Origin: Nitrospirota bacterium
GTDB lineage: Bacteria; Nitrospirota; UBA9217
Length of the DNA stretch: 64,000 nucleotides
Assembly (NCBI GenBank): GCA_963796285.1
Contig: CAWCKW010000012.1
Span: 1,024,001-1,088,000, forward strand
Direction of reading: 5' to 3'
The notes under the pieces: generated by a model
What the model was told of the DNA's origin: nothing
The model's database searches: none
Seen by the model: only the letters and a program-made list of their open reading frames with translations
Program-made: the position numbers and the translations under genes
Shown: piece by piece, positions 22,790-32,809 of the stretch
Numbering within the stretch: position 1 is the first letter of the stretch
Layout of the letters: each line of letters begins with the position of its first letter

Positions 22790-24634
22790 TTAGAAGCGAA
22801 GCGCGACCCCACCGGATACCTCTGCCGGCGGCATAGGATACCCTTTGACCGTTGAATACTTACGATTAAAGATGTTTTTTTCTCCGATGAAAACATCCGC
22901 TTTCACGTGCTGACCGAGAGAGACTGGCATCGTAACTTTTGCATCAAGGACCTCATACTGCCATGAGGCCTCTCCAGGTTTCACATAATTTTTGATTATT
23001 CTACCTTCAATATAGAGATTCATTATGGAGAACAAGTAAACGTTCACATAGCTCTTAATCTGCGATTGAGGGATTACGTAATAAATCTTTTCACCCGTGG
23101 TTTCATCTACAGGGTCCATGTAAGTATAGTTCACTGCCCAGGTCAATTGATCGACCGGGACTAATTTGACTTCGGCTTCATAACCAGTGATACGCGCCTT
23201 GCCGATGTTAACCGGGCTGTATATAAAATTTGTATCCGGCAACCATTGGATCAGGTCCTTGACCTTTCGCTCGAACGCAGTAAACCTGACTGAGCTGCCT
23301 TTTCCGAACGGTTGTTCAATTCCCCCCTCGTATTCCTTCGACGTTTCCGGTCTGAGGTTCGGATTCCCTTGCTCGAAACCATCGAACGACCAGAAGAGGT
23401 CATTCAACGTCGGAGCCCGGAACGCTTCGCCTGCGGAGGCTCTGATAATCGTTCCGGAGCCGGTAATAAGATAACGAGCGCTTGCGCGCGGGCTGAACTT
23501 GTCTCCATATACTGAATGGCTGTCATTGCGTCCGCCGATGACGACAATGAGCGGCTCGCCGATGGATATTTCATCCTGGAGATATGCCGCCCAGAGAGAC
23601 GCGGTATGATCGCCGGCGCTGTTGCTGGCGAGGTGGTCTTCCTTTGCCTCTACGCCGAAGGTCAGCTGGTTCCAGGAATTGACCAGCCAGTTGGTTTGGG
23701 CCTCCGCGCCGGTTGTCGTACTGACAAGCTTGCTGTCCTGCGGGAAGTCGGGATTGGGGTCCTTGTAAAGGATCTTGTCCCGGTTCTCATACGCATTCAA
23801 CCTGAGGTCCAGTTCCTTCGAGAACTTCGTCCGGAACGTCAGGCTCTCACCGCTATTACGGTCCCACTCTTTCGCAAGCGGGCTCGGGAACTGCTCTGAA
23901 CCGGGCACCCCGATCTTTTTTTCAAGATAATCTGTACTCAGCTCCAGCGAGGAATCCTGAGAAAGCTCGTAGCCGAACTTGGCGCCGACCAGTTTTTTGT
24001 TCAATCTGTCGTTGTCGCGGTAGCCTTTAGAATCCTCGATGCCCCCTGATACTGCATAGGAGAATTTATCCAGTTTGTTTGCGTTCGCGACGGCAGCAGA
24101 CTGATATCCGTGGGTCCCTCCCTCCGCTGTCACCGTTGTTTCAGCTGCTGTCGCTTTTTTTGTGATGATGTTCACCACGCCGCCAACCGCATCCGCGCCG
24201 TACAAAGCCGAGGACGGACCTCTGACGATCTCGATCCGTTCGATATCGGAGATCAGCACCGGCAGATCGGACATGTCGAAACCACCTGCGCTCGCGGAGT
24301 TCATTCTCCTGCCGTCCAGCAAGACCAGGACCTGCTGATAGCTCGCGCCCCGAATACTGATATTGTTGAGTGATCCTCGTGTGCCATAGTCGTTTATTTC
24401 CACCCCCGAGGTCCTTTCAATGACCTCGGCAGCGGTTGTGGCACCGGACTTTTTTATATCCTCCGCGGTTATGACCGTGACGCTCTGCGTTACGTCTTTC
24501 TGTTCTTTTTCGGTCCGTGTTGCGGTCACTACAACTTCCTTTATTTGTATTGTTTCATCTGCTGCCGAAACAATCGCAGCAGGGAGAAACAATGCCCATG
24601 CCGCAGCTGCTACCATGATGATCCTTCCAAACAT
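22790..24634 (-). CDS. btuB: TonB-dependent cobalamin receptor (BtuB-like)
   Basis: EVVVTATR TonB box, IERIEIVRGPSSALYGADAVGGVVNIIT plug, C-terminal Phe; cobalamin riboswitch upstream. Confidence 0.88.
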   Translation of the reverse strand: MFGRIIMVAAAAWALFLPAAIVSAADETIQIKEVVVTATRTEKEQKDVTQSVTVITAEDIKKSGATTAAEVIERTSGVEINDYGTRGSLNNISIRGASYQQVLVLLDGRRMNSASAGGFDMSDLPVLISDIERIEIVRGPSSALYGADAVGGVVNIITKKATAAETTVTAEGGTHGYQSAAVANANKLDKFSYAVSGGIEDSKGYRDNDRLNKKLVGAKFGYELSQDSSLELSTDYLEKKIGVPGSEQFPSPLAKEWDRNSGESLTFRTKFSKELDLRLNAYENRDKILYKDPNPDFPQDSKLVSTTTGAEAQTNWLVNSWNQLTFGVEAKEDHLASNSAGDHTASLWAAYLQDEISIGEPLIVVIGGRNDSHSVYGDKFSPRASARYLITGSGTIIRASAGEAFRAPTLNDLFWSFDGFEQGNPNLRPETSKEYEGGIEQPFGKGSSVRFTAFERKVKDLIQWLPDTNFIYSPVNIGKARITGYEAEVKLVPVDQLTWAVNYTYMDPVDETTGEKIYYVIPQSQIKSYVNVYLFSIMNLYIEGRIIKNYVKPGEASWQYEVLDAKVTMPVSLGQHVKADVFIGEKNIFNRKYSTVKGYPMPPAEVSGGVALRF

Positions 24635-24660
24635 TTCAAATCTCCTTCTCTCGAGGTTGT

Positions 24661-24810
24661 GGGAATGAGAGGTCTCCTGGCTTAGGACGCCCTACTCGCC
24701 CGCCTTCCCATCCCGGTAAACAGGACAGTGGCAAAACAGGCTTTCGTTTCCATCACAGTTGCGCGACAGCTGGGGAATCGCACCCCCTTCCGCTTCATCA
24801 TTCCCGGATT
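24661..24810 (-). ncRNA. Cobalamin riboswitch upstream of btuB
   Basis: Minus strand GCGGAAGGGGGTGCGATTCCCC..CTGTCGCGCAACTGTGA...GCCACTG...GGGAAGGC...AAGCCAGGAGACCT (B12 box). Confidence 0.92.
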
Positions 24811-24896
24811 ATATCGACTGCATTTCCGTCATACTGTATTCTACCTGACCATGATCGTTATTTTGATCGATCACCTCCTCCATGCCCCGATGATTA

Positions 24897-26402
24897 TCAG
24901 TTAATGAGCTCTTGAATAAACCTCATATCGATACTCTCCCGCAACACATCCGCCCATTTGTCGAGGGCCGCATCCCGCGCTTTTGCGAAATCAGTAACCT
25001 CCTCAACAGGCGCTAATCCTCTCTTTTCCCGAAGAGCATTGATGAGTCCGCGCCTGAAGGCATCATTATCGAATATCCCGTGGATATAGGTCCCCCAGAC
25101 ATTGCCCTTTACAGAACCATCCTGCACGAATGCGGAATCAAGCCTTTTGAGTTTGAACAATCCGACATCACCCGTTGTACTGCCCATATGAATCTCATAT
25201 CCTTTAAGGCTGTCATTACCACACCATTCCGCATTCCCCATTCCGGATTCCGAATTTATATAGGCTTCCACCTGACACGTCGTCTTGACGCGGTCAAAAA
25301 TTGTTTCGACATCAAGCAGCCCGAACCCGTCAACCGCTTGACGCGGCCCCTCTATGCCATGCGGATCGAGGATCTTCTTCCCGAGCATCTGATATCCGCC
25401 GCACACTCCTGCAATAGGGATCCCGTTATCCGCCGCCCTTATTATGCTCGCCTCGATGCCTGATTCGCGCAGAAACAGGAGGTCCTGCACAGTATTTTTA
25501 GAACCGGGAATGATGACGAGGTCTGCGTGTTCAATGTCGGCGTCTCGTAAAGAATACACAAGCTCGACATCAGCTTCGTACTGAAACGGATCAAAGTCCG
25601 TGAAGTTCGAAATGTAGCGGAGCCGCACCACAACGACCTTGATCTTCGGTCCCGCAGTCTTCCCCTGACGCCACCAGAGCCTCTCAAGCGGGATCCCATC
25701 CTCTTCATGCAGTCCGAGATCTCCGAGATAAGGAACGACCCCGAGCACCGGCCTTCCCGTCTTTTCCTGGATCATCGTGAGGCCGGGTTTCAGGATGTCG
25801 AGGTCTCCGCGGAATTTATTAATGATGAAGGCTTTGATGTAGTCCGCGTCCTTGTCCAGGAGCGCGATGGTCCCGTACAGGGAAGCGAATACGCCGCCTT
25901 TGTCGATATCGCCGACGAGGAGGACCGGTGCGTTCGCATGCCTGGCCACGCTCATGTTCACAACCTCGTCATTACTGAGATTGATCTCAGCCGGGCTACC
26001 CGCGCCCTCGATGACGATGAGGTCGTATGTTTTTGACAACCGCGCATAGGCTTCTGTTACCGCGGCCCATGCATGCTCCTTGTACGCATAGTACTCCTGT
26101 GCCTGCATGTTTCTATGGACCCTGCCGTTCAGGATCACCTGGCAGCCGGCCTCGCCTGTCGCCTTCAGGAGCACGGGATTCATGTCCACTGACGGCTCGA
26201 TCCGCGCCGCTTCCGCCTGATACGCCTGGGCGCGCCCGATCTCGCCGCCTTCTTTTGTGATGAACGAGTTGAGCGCCATGTTCTGGCCCTTGAACGGCGC
26301 GACCTTGATCCCCTGGTCGCTGAAGATCCTGCACAGGCCGGCAACGATGATGCTCTTGCCGACACCCGATCCGGTGCCCTGTATCATGAGTGCTTTTGCC
26401 AT
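24897..26402 (-). CDS. cbiP: Cobyric acid synthase CbiP/CobQ
   Basis: MIQGTGSGVGKS, PFKGQNMALNS, EGAGSPAEIN, ISNFTDFDP, GVCGGYQMLG, GTYIHGIF. Confidence 0.97.
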   Translation of the reverse strand: MAKALMIQGTGSGVGKSIIVAGLCRIFSDQGIKVAPFKGQNMALNSFITKEGGEIGRAQAYQAEAARIEPSVDMNPVLLKATGEAGCQVILNGRVHRNMQAQEYYAYKEHAWAAVTEAYARLSKTYDLIVIEGAGSPAEINLSNDEVVNMSVARHANAPVLLVGDIDKGGVFASLYGTIALLDKDADYIKAFIINKFRGDLDILKPGLTMIQEKTGRPVLGVVPYLGDLGLHEEDGIPLERLWWRQGKTAGPKIKVVVVRLRYISNFTDFDPFQYEADVELVYSLRDADIEHADLVIIPGSKNTVQDLLFLRESGIEASIIRAADNGIPIAGVCGGYQMLGKKILDPHGIEGPRQAVDGFGLLDVETIFDRVKTTCQVEAYINSESGMGNAEWCGNDSLKGYEIHMGSTTGDVGLFKLKRLDSAFVQDGSVKGNVWGTYIHGIFDNDAFRRGLINALREKRGLAPVEEVTDFAKARDAALDKWADVLRESIDMRFIQELIN

Positions 26403-26406
26403 TAAA

Positions 26407-27081
26407 TTATCTGATCACCTGGAAATCGCGCACATCGAGAAACCAGAACCCGTCCCGTGCAACAACCTCGAAACGAGTGATATCGATCTTCCCATTGAAT
26501 AACGGTCCAGCAGTCACGAAGGTGTGGAACTCGCCGCTCTCTCCGCACACGTCAAGGTTACTTGTTTTGAGGTATTGAATGAACGCATCGTCCATTTTCC
26601 TGCCGATCCATTCCTTCTCGATCAGTTTTTGATCGCCGCTCGCTATGATTGTCTCGAACCCGAGACCGAGAAACTCCCGGACGAGGTCCTCCGTCTGCCT
26701 TCCCCACAACGGTTCCACCGCCTCGATGCCGAGTTCGGCGCATGTGCGGTCCACCCATTCTTTGTGCGGCTGAAGGTAGATATCGCCAAAGATCATTCCT
26801 TCGATCCCCTCCTTTTTGAGAGAGGACAAGGTCATCTTGAACTCTTGCTCGAATGCCTCCTGTGAAACCTTCCGCTGCACCATGGGGATTCCCGTGAGAT
26901 CCGCATGCAGCCGGATCAGGGCCGGATCCACGCCGTGCAGATTATTCGGCCGGTCAAAATGAACGAGGTGGGAGACGTCCATGCCTTTCTTCATTGCGAG
27001 GCAGCAGGCAAGACAGCTGTCCTTGCCCCCGCTCCAGGATGCGCAATACCTCTTCGAGGTTTTTTCAGAAGTTATTTTCAT
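26407..27081 (-). CDS. Diphthine-ammonia ligase (Dph6/DUF71)-like PP-loop ATPase
   Basis: SWSGGKDS PP-loop, FGDIYL, EPLW, CGESGEFHTFV. Confidence 0.9.
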   Translation of the reverse strand: MKITSEKTSKRYCASWSGGKDSCLACCLAMKKGMDVSHLVHFDRPNNLHGVDPALIRLHADLTGIPMVQRKVSQEAFEQEFKMTLSSLKKEGIEGMIFGDIYLQPHKEWVDRTCAELGIEAVEPLWGRQTEDLVREFLGLGFETIIASGDQKLIEKEWIGRKMDDAFIQYLKTSNLDVCGESGEFHTFVTAGPLFNGKIDITRFEVVARDGFWFLDVRDFQVIR

Positions 27082-27842
27082 AACTGATATACATTCCTTT
27101 GCTGCCCGTGTCCTTGATCTCGACATCGACATCAAAGGCCTGTTTCAGCATGGTCCTGGATAATACCTCGTCCGGTCTGCCCGTGCCGATGATGCCTCCG
27201 TCCTTGATCAGGATCACCCTTTCAAACTGGAGTGCGATGTTGATGTCATGGAGCGCCATCACAACCGATATTTTTCGTGATGCGCGCAGGTACTTGAGCA
27301 GCCTTACGAGCTCGATCTGATATTTTATATCGAGGTTTGCAAGCGGTTCATCCAGAAGCAAGAGCCCCGCCCCCTGCAGGAGCGTCATGGCAATGAACGT
27401 CCTTCTCCGTTCTCCGCCGGAGAGGTCCGTAAGCCGCGCATTCGCTTTGTCCTGTCAGTCCTACCATGTCCAGTGCTTCGTCAACGGTGAGCGCCGGTGG
27501 AATGTCATAGGGGTACAGACCCATGCTTACCAATTCTTTGATGGTAAACGGCACGCTGATATCGAGCGTCTGTGGCAGATAGCTGATAAGCTTGGCGCGG
27601 TCTTTGTGCTTTATCGCAGTAAGGCTCTTGCCCCAGAGGGAGACCCCGCCTGATGCCGGTTTGAGCAGGCCGCTTGCGAGTTTCATGATCGTGGACTTGC
27701 CGGACCCGTTCGCGCCGAGCAGGCCGATAAAATCCCCTTCTCCGACGGTGAACGAGAGGTCATGAATAAACGGTCTGTTTTTCTCGTAAATAAAACTGAC
27801 GCGCTCAAGTTCGAGGATCTTCTGTTTAGACGCCAAGGACAT
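27065..27842 (-). CDS. btuD: Corrinoid/iron-chelate ABC transporter ATP-binding protein; frameshift ~27450
   Basis: GANGSGKST, LSGGERRR, LLLDEP, HDIN. Confidence 0.85.
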
Positions 27843-28791
27843 CTTTTCTCCTGAGCAGATACAGAAAATACGGCGCGCCGATGATGGCCGTGACCACGCC
27901 GGCCGGGAGCTCCATGGGAGGCAGAACGGACCTGCTGATCAGGTCCGCGATGCACAGGAGCGACCCGCCCCCGAGCGCGGACGCCGGTATCAGCACCCTG
28001 CTGTCCGAGCCGATGAAAAAACGCATGATATGGGGCATCAAAAGGCCGATGAACCCGATCATGCCGCCGAGCGAGACCGAAGCCGCGGTCAAGAGCCCGA
28101 CCGATACAAAGAGAATGAACCGCTCGCGCTGGGGAGCAAAACCGAGGCTGTGCGCGAATTCATCCCCGAGGATCAGGGCATTCAATGCCTTCGCCCGCAC
28201 AGCGGAGAGAGCAATGCCCGCCAGAACGAAGACGAGGCCGTAGGGCACGCGCTGCCAGTCAGACATGGACAGATCGCCGAAGATCCAGAGCATCGCCCTT
28301 CGAAGTCCCTCGTCCGTCGAGATGCTCATCATAAGCATCAAGAGCGCGGAAAAAAGAAAACTCAAGCCCACGCCCGCGAGCAGCAGACGCTCCGGCCACA
28401 GCCCTCCCCGCTTCCATCCCATGACGCCCACGATGCCGCCCGTGACGAGGGCGCCGATAAATGCAAGGACCGGGATCGTAAACGACCCGAGAAAGGTCAG
28501 GCCGCCGATGATCCCGAGCGCAGCCGTAAGCGAGGCGCCGCTCGAGATGCCGAGGATGTAAGGGTCCGCGAGCGGGTTCCGGAGGACGCCTTGTAGCACC
28601 GCCCCCGAAGCGCCGAGTGCCATGCCCATCAGAAACGCCACGACCACACGCGGCATCCGGATCGAGAACAGGATCGTGCGGTCGATATCGTTCAGCGAAA
28701 CGGGATTGATGATCTTCGGCCCGAGAAAGAGCGAGCACAAAAAAATAAAAAACGTGATCAGGACCAGCGCCGCTATTTTTGCTTTAGACAT
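27826..28791 (-). CDS. btuC: Corrinoid ABC transporter permease (FecCD/BtuC family)
   Basis: RMPRVV, RNPLADPYILGISSGA, GFIGLLMPH, PAGVVTAIIGAPYF. Confidence 0.9.
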   Translation of the reverse strand: MSKAKIAALVLITFFIFLCSLFLGPKIINPVSLNDIDRTILFSIRMPRVVVAFLMGMALGASGAVLQGVLRNPLADPYILGISSGASLTAALGIIGGLTFLGSFTIPVLAFIGALVTGGIVGVMGWKRGGLWPERLLLAGVGLSFLFSALLMLMMSISTDEGLRRAMLWIFGDLSMSDWQRVPYGLVFVLAGIALSAVRAKALNALILGDEFAHSLGFAPQRERFILFVSVGLLTAASVSLGGMIGFIGLLMPHIMRFFIGSDSRVLIPASALGGGSLLCIADLISRSVLPPMELPAGVVTAIIGAPYFLYLLRRKDVLGV

Positions 28792-29621
28792 TCAGCAAGC
28801 TCCTCGATCCCCTGCACGACCCGCGGCCCGAGCCGGTAAAGGCCATCGCCGAGGTAACAGATGGCGCCTGAATTGACCGCGGGCACGGAAGTCATCTTCT
28901 TCAGTATGCCACGCGATACAGCCACCATATCCATCCCAGAGCCCTTGCCGATCAGGATAACGTCAGGCGCCTGACGGATGACCTCTTCGATGGAATATTT
29001 TGGATAGTCCGCTGCAGCACCATCTGCAATGTTCTCATGTCCCAGCAGCATGATGGCGTCGTCAATTACTGTTCCGGGCCCTGCTACAATGAGCGGCTCC
29101 GGCCAGACAATATAAAGAATCTTTTTCTTGATGGGCGATGGATGAGGGACGAGAGATGTTTTTTTTACTTTCGCAATATCGTCCTCGATCTCCTGAGCCA
29201 GCTTATCGGCCTTATTCTTTACTCCCAGCCCTCTTCCGAGTTCCCTGATCCCCTGCGGAAGTTCCGACAGCCTTCGCGCCGTGAATACGTACGTCGTTAT
29301 CTTTAATGAGCGCAGTCGTTCCTCGAACTCCTTCGGATTGCCGTCCGTGGTCATCACGACGATATCCGGCTTGAGCGACACGACCGCTTCGAGCGATGGA
29401 TTCGACATGCCGCCGATCTTTGCCTTCGCCTTTGCTGCCTCGGGATAATCGCAGAAGGTCGTGACACCGACGATGCGATCGCCGAGCCCCAACGCGTACA
29501 GGATCTCCGTCGTGCTCGGCGCGAGCGAAATGATCCGCTTGGGTGGCGATGCCGGTTCAGCAGCAAACGCTGAGCAGGACAAGCTGACGATGATTGATAG
29601 TATGATGGAGATCTTCTTCAT
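28773..29621 (-). CDS. btuF: Cobalamin-binding periplasmic protein
   Basis: RIISLAPSTTEILYALG, VGVTTFCDYP, RLGPRV; cobalamin riboswitch upstream. Confidence 0.9.
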   Translation of the reverse strand: MKKISIILSIIVSLSCSAFAAEPASPPKRIISLAPSTTEILYALGLGDRIVGVTTFCDYPEAAKAKAKIGGMSNPSLEAVVSLKPDIVVMTTDGNPKEFEERLRSLKITTYVFTARRLSELPQGIRELGRGLGVKNKADKLAQEIEDDIAKVKKTSLVPHPSPIKKKILYIVWPEPLIVAGPGTVIDDAIMLLGHENIADGAAADYPKYSIEEVIRQAPDVILIGKGSGMDMVAVSRGILKKMTSVPAVNSGAICYLGDGLYRLGPRVVQGIEELAECLKQK

Positions 29622-29651
29622 AAGAATAAATTCGCCCGATTCGCGTCCTGT

Positions 29652-29694
29652 AAAAATAAAAAAATCCCCGGTCTTCTTTCAAGACTGGGGATTA
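29652..29694 (-). terminator. Intrinsic terminator in the riboswitch expression platform
   Basis: Minus strand AATCCCCAGTCTT-GAAAG-AAGACCGGGGATT hairpin followed by a T-run. Confidence 0.8.
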
Positions 29695-29744
29695 ATAGGA
29701 GATATTAACCCACACATTATCTTAACGCCGAAGACTGTGCGAGG

Positions 29745-29912
29745 ACATCCAGACAGGTCTTCTGGCTCTCCCGTCTCTGCCTGCCTTCCCAATCACGCTG
29801 CGCGTGATCAGTGGCATTGTACTGACAGAGATTGAGGCCCTGTTTTCGCAGGGCCGGGATTACAGCGGCGGGTCCGCTCCCGATTTAAACGGGATTCCCT
29901 TCGCCTGGATGT
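29745..29912 (-). ncRNA. Cobalamin riboswitch upstream of btuF
   Basis: Minus strand AAGGGAATCCCGTTTAAATCGGGAGCGGACCCGCCGCTGTAA...GCCACTG...GGGAAGGC...GAGCCAGAAGACCTG, closed by ACATCCAG/CTGGATGT. Confidence 0.95.
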
Positions 29913-29935
29913 GGTCATGCTCTATGTAGGTTGTC

Positions 29936-29964
29936 TTTATAACACAGGAAGCGGATAAAGTCAA
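29936..29964 (-). promoter_or_regulatory. Putative sigma-70 promoter of the btuF operon
   Basis: Minus strand TTGACT-N17-TATAAA with TGn, just upstream of the riboswitch. Confidence 0.6.
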
Positions 29965-29981
29965 AAGTTTTTAAACCGTAT

Positions 29982-30455
29982 TCATCTATCTCCCTTATTC
30001 TCACCGTTCCCAAGCCGTTCCCATTTCGCTGAAGTGACTTTCCAGCCATCCGGTTCCTTCTTCATCTATACCACGAAGACATAGATTCCGAGCGACTCCG
30101 GGATCAGGTCTGCCGCGGACCCGGTTTTGCTGCCGCCGGTCAGGACGGCCTGAAACACTGCTTTGGCAATCGTGTTTTCAACGGATATCTCAAGATCGGT
30201 GATATAGGCCGAGATCTTCGGGTGCTGGAAGAAATAGCCGAGCAGCAGCCCTTTGATCGTGTCGTAGTTGAATCCATGCGGATCCAGATAGGTCTTCGAG
30301 AGGTTGTTAATGATCTTTTTTACATTCTTCTCTTCAGCCGCTTTCTGAATGTCGGTAATGACTTTTTTGACCTTGTCCTGCTCGGTCTCTTTATGACAAC
30401 CGAGGGTGGTGATGGTCATGGTGAATAGGAGTAACAGCGTTACAACAGGTCTCAT
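29982..30455 (-). CDS. Putative lipoprotein with NTF2-like fold; frameshift ~30066
   Basis: Lipobox TLGC after a hydrophobic stretch; shifted frame ends MKKEPDGWKVTSAKW. Confidence 0.65.
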
Positions 30456-30724
30456 GCGGTACCTTTGTTCACGATGTCCTCTCATCGATAAGTTGGCCTG
30501 AGCTTTTCTAAGCATCGGTGTTGAACAACTGACCGGCCCTTTCTCGGGATTATTCGATTTTAAGGTATCTTTGCGCCCCGGGGAAGGAATCTCTGGCCTC
30601 GGTGCGCTCATTTTCAACTCAGTGCGAGGACACTATTTTTGGGATCGTCTTCTTCCCGATTGTCGCCAAGAATCTGCTACAATGGTTTCATTATCAGCCG
30701 TATAATCGAAACAGGAGGTATATC

Positions 30725-30865
30725 ATGAATAAGAAGTGGAGACTGATATTATTACTGATGTTTGTACTAATGCTCGCTCTTTCATCATGTTTTCCGTTCT
30801 GGCCTGGTGGTCCAGGGCGCGGTGTGGGTCCAGGGCATGGTCTTCCGATGCCGCCGCATCCATGA
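30725..30865 (+). CDS. 46-aa Pro/Gly-rich putative lipoprotein
   Basis: AGGAGG RBS; MNKKWRLILLLMFVLMLALSSC lipobox. Confidence 0.65.
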   Translation: MNKKWRLILLLMFVLMLALSSCFPFWPGGPGRGVGPGHGLPMPPHP

Positions 30866-31259
30866 TGCTGGTGCCATGAGAATAATGGCAACGTTAAGGG
30901 GCATTGATCTGTCATACTCGTTTTGGACACGGCATGGAATTGAAGATATTCTCGTCCGCCAGAAGGCGGAAACGGCCAGTGCATAAAACGCTTCGCAATG
31001 ATCATAACCTCATGGGTAATCAGTGCAGTGATGACAGGCACCGGAACCGAATGAAAATGCGGCAATGGTGATGATAAGGCTCGGCGAGAAACGGCTCGTT
31101 CAGGCCATGAGATAGATTTTTCTGCTTGAGGATGCACTTTAAATGGCTGGCCCTCATGACTCCCAATTGTTTCCTTTTTTTGAAATCACTGGCCTCTCGA
31201 GTGTGGCTTAATGCCCTCTCGCATCCGCTCGTAGATTGCCTATACAGCGTCAATACGCC

Positions 31260-31715
31260 TTATTTGAAATCATATTTTTTCATTATCATGTCCAGATATG
31301 AGTCAAACCATTTCGGGTCTACTTTATCAACAAAACAGAGCCTCTTCCCCTGAGTGTCACTTATCAATTCGCCATTATGGTCCAGAAACAGCAGCAGGCA
31401 GTCATTCTTATAGTCAAATTTTTTACCCAAGGCGTCTTCTTGAGCTGTAAGCGGCTTGGTGAGATCTATCTTGACAGGGACAAAGTAATTCATGATCTTT
31501 TTAGAGATCATCGGATCATTGTATACGTTTTTCTGCAGACTTTCGCACCTCGGGCATCCCTTTCCATAAAAAAAATCCACAATAAGCGGTCGCTTTTCAA
31601 TTTTTGCCTTGACCAAGCCGTCCTTCAGGGTTAGCCATTGCACGCCGTCAGCCGCAAATGAAGGTGTATGCCCCAACAGCATAAAAAAGGTCATGAGCAG
31701 GATCGATTTTTTCAT
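31260..31715 (-). CDS. Periplasmic thioredoxin-fold protein (SoxW-like)
   Basis: Signal peptide; VDFFYGKGCPRC; FVPVKID. Confidence 0.8.
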   Translation of the reverse strand: MKKSILLMTFFMLLGHTPSFAADGVQWLTLKDGLVKAKIEKRPLIVDFFYGKGCPRCESLQKNVYNDPMISKKIMNYFVPVKIDLTKPLTAQEDALGKKFDYKNDCLLLFLDHNGELISDTQGKRLCFVDKVDPKWFDSYLDMIMKKYDFK

Positions 31716-31928
31716 GATAGGCCTCCTATCTCGTAACTATTTATAGGTTTATGGTTATATTTTATCACAGCAGTCACGAAATAGATATTATAAAGCTGAA
31801 CACAAATAAGTTCTGCAGCTAACGCGTATAGTGAGGGAACGGTCATGAGGCGCCTCCCATGGAGAAATGTAGAAAATTCAGTTGTCAAGGGCATCCCGTC
31901 TGTGTAGAATAGCTCCAACCTTTTCGAC

Positions 31929-32549
31929 ATGGATACTATTTTTTTTCTCAAAGGGCTCATCATCGGTTTCGTCATCGCGGCCCCGGTCGGCCCCATCGGC
32001 GTCCTCTGTGCGCGCCGCACGCTCATGTTCGGCCGGCGGGCCGGGTTCTTTTCCGGCATGGGCGCGGCGACGGCCGATGCCATCTACGGGTTCGTGGCCG
32101 CCTTCGGCCTGACGCTCGTGTCGGACTTCCTCATCGGACACAACGTGTTACTGAGGCTCATAGGCGGTTCGCTCTTGTGCATACTGGGCGTCAAGGCGCT
32201 GGTTGCGCCACCGGCCGCGAAAATCGATTACCCCAAGTCCCTCAAGAAATTCGCGGGCATGTACTCGTCCACGTTTTTCCTGACCTTGACCAATCCCATG
32301 ACCATCTTCTCCTTTGGCGCAGTCTTTGCCGGTTTCGGGCTCGCCGGGGTCAAGGGAAGTGTCTTATCCTCCGGCGCCCTAATCCTCGGCGTCTTCCTCG
32401 GCTCGGCTCTCTGGTGGGTGTTCCTGGTGGTCATCTTCAGTATTTTCCGCAAACGGTTCCACTCCCATCAACTTCGCTGGGTGAACTTCATCTCCGGCGG
32501 AATCATCATCGCCTCAGGTTTCATCGCTCTCCTGAGCCTGGAGTGGTGA
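31929..32549 (+). CDS. LysE/RhtB-family translocator
   Basis: AAPVGPIGVLC, GAATADAIYG, LTLTNPMTI. Confidence 0.9.
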   Translation: MDTIFFLKGLIIGFVIAAPVGPIGVLCARRTLMFGRRAGFFSGMGAATADAIYGFVAAFGLTLVSDFLIGHNVLLRLIGGSLLCILGVKALVAPPAAKIDYPKSLKKFAGMYSSTFFLTLTNPMTIFSFGAVFAGFGLAGVKGSVLSSGALILGVFLGSALWWVFLVVIFSIFRKRFHSHQLRWVNFISGGIIIASGFIALLSLEW

Positions 32550-32809
32550 ACCGGGCGGGACCAATACGGGTCACTGCAGGCAGGATGCGAACAGGGGACA
32601 TCAGGATCTCGACCGGCGCGAGGGTAATGATAGATATTTCTCCCAACTATCTTAGCAATGGCAATGTCATCTTCCGGCCCTGGCGTGAGGCCGGGTGAGA
32701 CCAACTCGCAGGGAACGCTAAGCGCCGGTATTTACGTTTGACATCGCATCTTTTTCACACAGACATTCTGCGCGAAGCCTGACAGAGGGGATCACAAAGA
32801 AGAGAGATC

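Noticed and set aside
32640-32740. GC-rich hairpin with a GGAACGCTAAGC segment resembling a c-di-GMP-I riboswitch
   Set aside because: The GGCAAAC/GAAA P2 and the P3 consensus are not matched.
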